Assembly: GCA_039030395.1 (NCBI GenBank) | Contig: JBCCEF010000001.1 | Span: 54,258 to 118,257, forward strand | Direction of reading: 5' to 3' | Length of the DNA: 64,000 nt | DNA from: Acidobacteriota bacterium | Lineage (GTDB): Bacteria > Acidobacteriota > Thermoanaerobaculia > Multivoradales > JBCCEF01 | In this document: piece by piece, positions 62,201 to 64,000 of the stretch | Numbering within the stretch: position 1 is the stretch's first letter | How the letters are laid out: each line of letters begins with the position of its first letter | Notes under the pieces: model-generated | Seen by the model: the letters and a program-made list of their open reading frames with translations, nothing else | Database searches by the model: none | What the model was told of the DNA's origin: nothing | Translations under genes and position numbers: made by a program

Positions 62201-64000
62201 CGTAGAGATGATGGCCGTCGGCGCTCACCACCGCGGCGGAGGCGCCCAGCAGATCGCCCGACAGGCCACCCTGGAGTTCGCTGGCGACGAAGGCCAGGCC
62301 TGAGTCCGTGGCGCAGGTCCAGGTCGCCGACAGCACCTCCGGCACCAGCAGATCCTCGAGGGTCGCGCCGACCAGATCGCTCGGGCCGAGATTTTCGAGG
62401 GTGATGCCGTAGGAGGTGACGGTGCCCGGTACCGACTCCGTGGCGCCGTCGTCCTTGGTCAGCACCAGATCCACTTCCGGAGTCAGTTCGTTGACGTCGA
62501 CGGCTTCGTTGTTGTCCGGATCGGGGTCGGACACGAAGTCCGGCGAGGTCACCGTCACCCGGTTGGTCAGGTCGCCGGAGGCTGACGGCACGATCCGGCC
62601 CTGGACTGCGAACACCGCCTGCCCGCCGGCCACCAGATCCACCCGCTCGACCAGGCGTCGGCCCGCGCCTTCGCCGCCGCAGCGGGAGCCCGGTTGACGC
62701 TCGTAGGCGACCAGCGAATCGCCCACCGCCGCGCTGGCATAGACCTGATCTCCATCGGAACTCACCACCAGGCCGCTGATCCCGTCGAGGCCCACATCGC
62801 CGGGGCCAAGAAGGGCCTCCTCGAAACTCAGCAAGCCGGAGGCGGAATCGCGCATCAGGACCGCCAGGCCGTCCTCCCCCGGGGACCCGGCGTAGAGATG
62901 CTCGCCGTCGCCGGAAACGGCCAGGGCCGCCACTCCCGCCAGGCCGTCGGCACCATCGACGCCGTCGACCAGCGTTTGCAGGAAGGCCAGACCCGAGGCC
63001 GAATCCTGGAACACCGCAACGGCGTCGGAGCCGGCGCCGGCAACGTAGACGAAGGATCCCGTGTCGCTGCCGGCGAGCGCTGCCGGCCCAACCAGTCCGG
63101 TCACCGTCGAGGAGCCCAGCAGGTCGCCGTCCTGTATCCATTCGACAAAGGTCAGAGCACCGCTGCCGACGCTCCGCTCGAACACCGCCAGGGAGTCGTC
63201 GAGGGAACCCACCGCGTAGACCCGCTCACCGTCGGCCGCCACCAGAACGTCCGCGGCACCGGCCAGGCCGTCCACGGAACCGACGCCGTCGACCAGGGCT
63301 TCGACGAAGGTCAGGTCGCCGTTGCCGGCCCGCGCGAACACCGCCACGGCGTTGTCCGCCCGGCCGGCGGCATAGAGATGCGCACCGTCCGGCGACAGGG
63401 CGAGAGCCTCGACCCCACCCAGACCATCGACGAAGCCGCCGCCGGCCGGGTCGCCGTCCTGAATGAAGCTCTGGAAGGTCAGCAGGCCGGTGATGGAGTC
63501 GCGGGCGAACACCGCGATGGCGTCGTCCGTCGACCCGGCGACATAGACATAGCTACCGGCGGCATCCACCACCACATCCGCAGCGCCGGCCAGGCCGTCC
63601 ACCGTGCCGAGCACCGCGCAACTCGCATCGTAGGCCGGTTCGCCATCCTGGATCGCTCCTTCGAAGCTCAAGGCACCGGTGCTGGCGGAACGTACGAAGA
63701 TCGCCACCGCATGGTCATCGCGGCTGGCCACGTACAGGCTGCGGCCATCGGCACTGACCGCCACGGCAGCGGCGCCGTCTAGTCCTGCGCGAGAGGTCAC
63801 CGGTCCGCCGCAGGTGAGGAGGGAGATCGGGTCGCCCTGCTCGAAGAGCACCGGGCTGAAGGTCGGCACGCTCAGCAGGCCGGGGATCGGCGTGGCCGAG
63901 CAGGTCCACTCCGCCTGATCGAGGACCTCGTCGAAGAGGTCCGTCACCCGAATCCCGTTCGCATCGCTCGGGCCGTGGTTGTCGACGGTGATCTTGTACG
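59229..64000 (-). CDS. Very large secreted protein (more than 1570 aa, N-terminus beyond the window). Lactonase-type beta-propeller repeats, DUF11 (conserved repeat domain) units and C-terminal CBM4_9-like modules.
   Basis: No signal peptide at the listed Met, and the reading frame runs to the window edge. Repeats DNAVAVFAR..G.LTFVE...DG.DGLAGA. DUF11-like units LAMTKDDGVEVAVPGTSVRYTLTASNAGPSDA. C-terminus ...IFSDGFESGDTTLWTTEVP. Confidence 0.75.
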   Translation of the reverse strand, partial: YKITVDNHGPSDANGIRVTDLFDEVLDQAEWTCSATPIPGLLSVPTFSPVLFEQGDPISLLTCGGPVTSRAGLDGAAAVAVSADGRSLYVASRDDHAVAIFVRSASTGALSFEGAIQDGEPAYDASCAVLGTVDGLAGAADVVVDAAGSYVYVAGSTDDAIAVFARDSITGLLTFQSFIQDGDPAGGGFVDGLGGVEALALSPDGAHLYAAGRADNAVAVFARAGNGDLTFVEALVDGVGSVDGLAGAADVLVAADGERVYAVGSLDDSLAVFERSVGSGALTFVEWIQDGDLLGSSTVTGLVGPAALAGSDTGSFVYVAGAGSDAVAVFQDSASGLAFLQTLVDGVDGADGLAGVAALAVSGDGEHLYAGSPGEDGLAVLMRDSASGLLSFEEALLGPGDVGLDGISGLVVSSDGDQVYASAAVGDSLVAYERQPGSRCGGEGAGRRLVERVDLVAGGQAVFAVQGRIVPSASGDLTNRVTVTSPDFVSDPDPDNNEAVDVNELTPEVDLVLTKDDGATESVPGTVTSYGITLENLGPSDLVGATLEDLLVPEVLSATWTCATDSGLAFVASELQGGLSGDLLGASAAVVSADGHHLYVAASGSGAINVFERDPVTGVLIALLQVLRDGEDGNDDLAGVSALTLSPANDLLLAVAGDDDALVVFDRESDPAAVDYGELTLRTAARQTDAAVDGLEGASNATFHPSGGFIYVTSVEDEAVAAFRWSAGVLTFVEREKDGFGDVALGVLAGAWRSVVSSDGAFLYVVARTSHALSVFEIDPLTGALTFVEVHRDGDTGIDGLNLVSDLALSPGGAHLYTAALGDDAVMVFLRDQASGTLTPITTYRDGDAGFDHLDGANGLALSADGQDLALTALNDDALTVLRRDAASGELAVVSSGIDSTASSLDAPVAVAFDPSGGYLYAAAGGSQGVSIWQRRAAGVCSAAGSDALTDLVEVEVGGQLAYTFDALVDPAAVGTLVNTVTVDVSSSTVNIGDTTASDTNTLTPQADLAMTKDDGVEVAVPGTSVRYTLTASNAGPSDAPAAQVTDRFPPEIDSVVWTCSGLNGGACPNASGTGDIDEVVVLPAAGSVEFIAEAAIDPAATGTLDNTARVMPGPGVADPVIDGQEQDTDSDLLSPQADLAIVKTADADIVGPGAALQYFLEVVNGGPSAASGVEVTDTLPAGVSLVQGTGTGWICSESSGVVTCTLPSLSPGAAPTVTLDVTAPLADGAFTNTAEVVLATDPATGNNDSTVEVTVDATAPEVVSVGTDEDTGDGELSSMETMRVELDRFFVTFTEELDNPAGDGDPGDVTNPASYRVIAAGANHLVDTAGCGPLAGDDYELLISAVEWDAVERIATLVLEAAVEKRDDLYALFVCGSLGDLYGNALDGDGDGSGGDDFARYFRLQLRNLILNGDFDFGLTGWTPSPASPGAIAFDDTRDGWGWSLSGSLLMRNLAGESFLGMQQCINTETTEDLRLLWQGHLMADLAADISVGVEITQFEGPDCSGPIASVTIPEHRPEAVGPPWMVFGRTVEPVSGLRSIRLEIQAATPQGDAFDLGVDSLSLAASDEIFSDGFESGDTTLWTTEVP

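Noticed and set aside
1-64000. CRISPR arrays, rRNA, insertion sequences, integrases
   Set aside because: I found no short-period direct repeats with unique spacers, no rRNA-like segments, no transposase or integrase-like ORFs, and no terminal inverted repeats.

Overview
This is a high-GC (about 70%) bacterial chromosomal window, dense with genes on both strands. I saw no rRNA, no complete tRNA and no CRISPR array. The genes I can recognise fall into four groups.

**1. Secreted proteases and regulators at the 5' end**
- A metzincin (HExxHxxGxxH) with FG-GAP-like repeats and a duplicated C-terminal domain.
- A CrcB/FluC fluoride channel, with a candidate fluoride riboswitch in its leader.
- A BlaI-type repressor and BlaR1-type M56 sensor-protease, where the sensor carries an unusual repetitive coiled-coil tail.

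**2. Housekeeping and regulatory genes**
- A fasciclin protein followed by an ECF sigma factor and an RskA-like anti-sigma factor.
- A tightly overlapping operon: AI-2E transporter, Smr protein, a histone-deacetylase-family protein with a long unexplained C-terminal extension, and an amidohydrolase.
- A MazEF-like toxin-antitoxin pair feeding into a spermidine-synthase-like gene.
- An astacin-like protease.
- A 1249-aa TPR plus CHAT (caspase-like) lipoprotein.
- An AraC regulator.

**3. Two candidate modules in the middle**
- A two-gene module of an SPFH/flotillin protein and an 1856-aa coiled-coil protein carrying a MoxR-like AAA+ ATPase domain. It sits just downstream of a 3'-fragment of a tRNA, which may mark an island boundary. 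This is my best candidate for an undescribed system.
- A compact cluster of two PhyH-type Fe/2-oxoglutarate dioxygenases, three methyltransferases and an orphan Wzt-like ABC ATPase, which looks like a tailoring locus.

**4. A minus-strand run of very large secreted proteins at the 3' end**
Starting beyond the window end it reads: a DUF11/beta-propeller protein, a 589-aa secreted protein, a 2921-aa SBBP-repeat protein, a 1279-aa Calx-beta/beta-propeller protein, a parvulin-type PPIase lipoprotein, and a methyltransferase. Two of the large proteins end with the same ...DGFESGDTTLW... tail.

Many long antisense ORFs in the six-frame track are GC-composition artefacts and were rejected.
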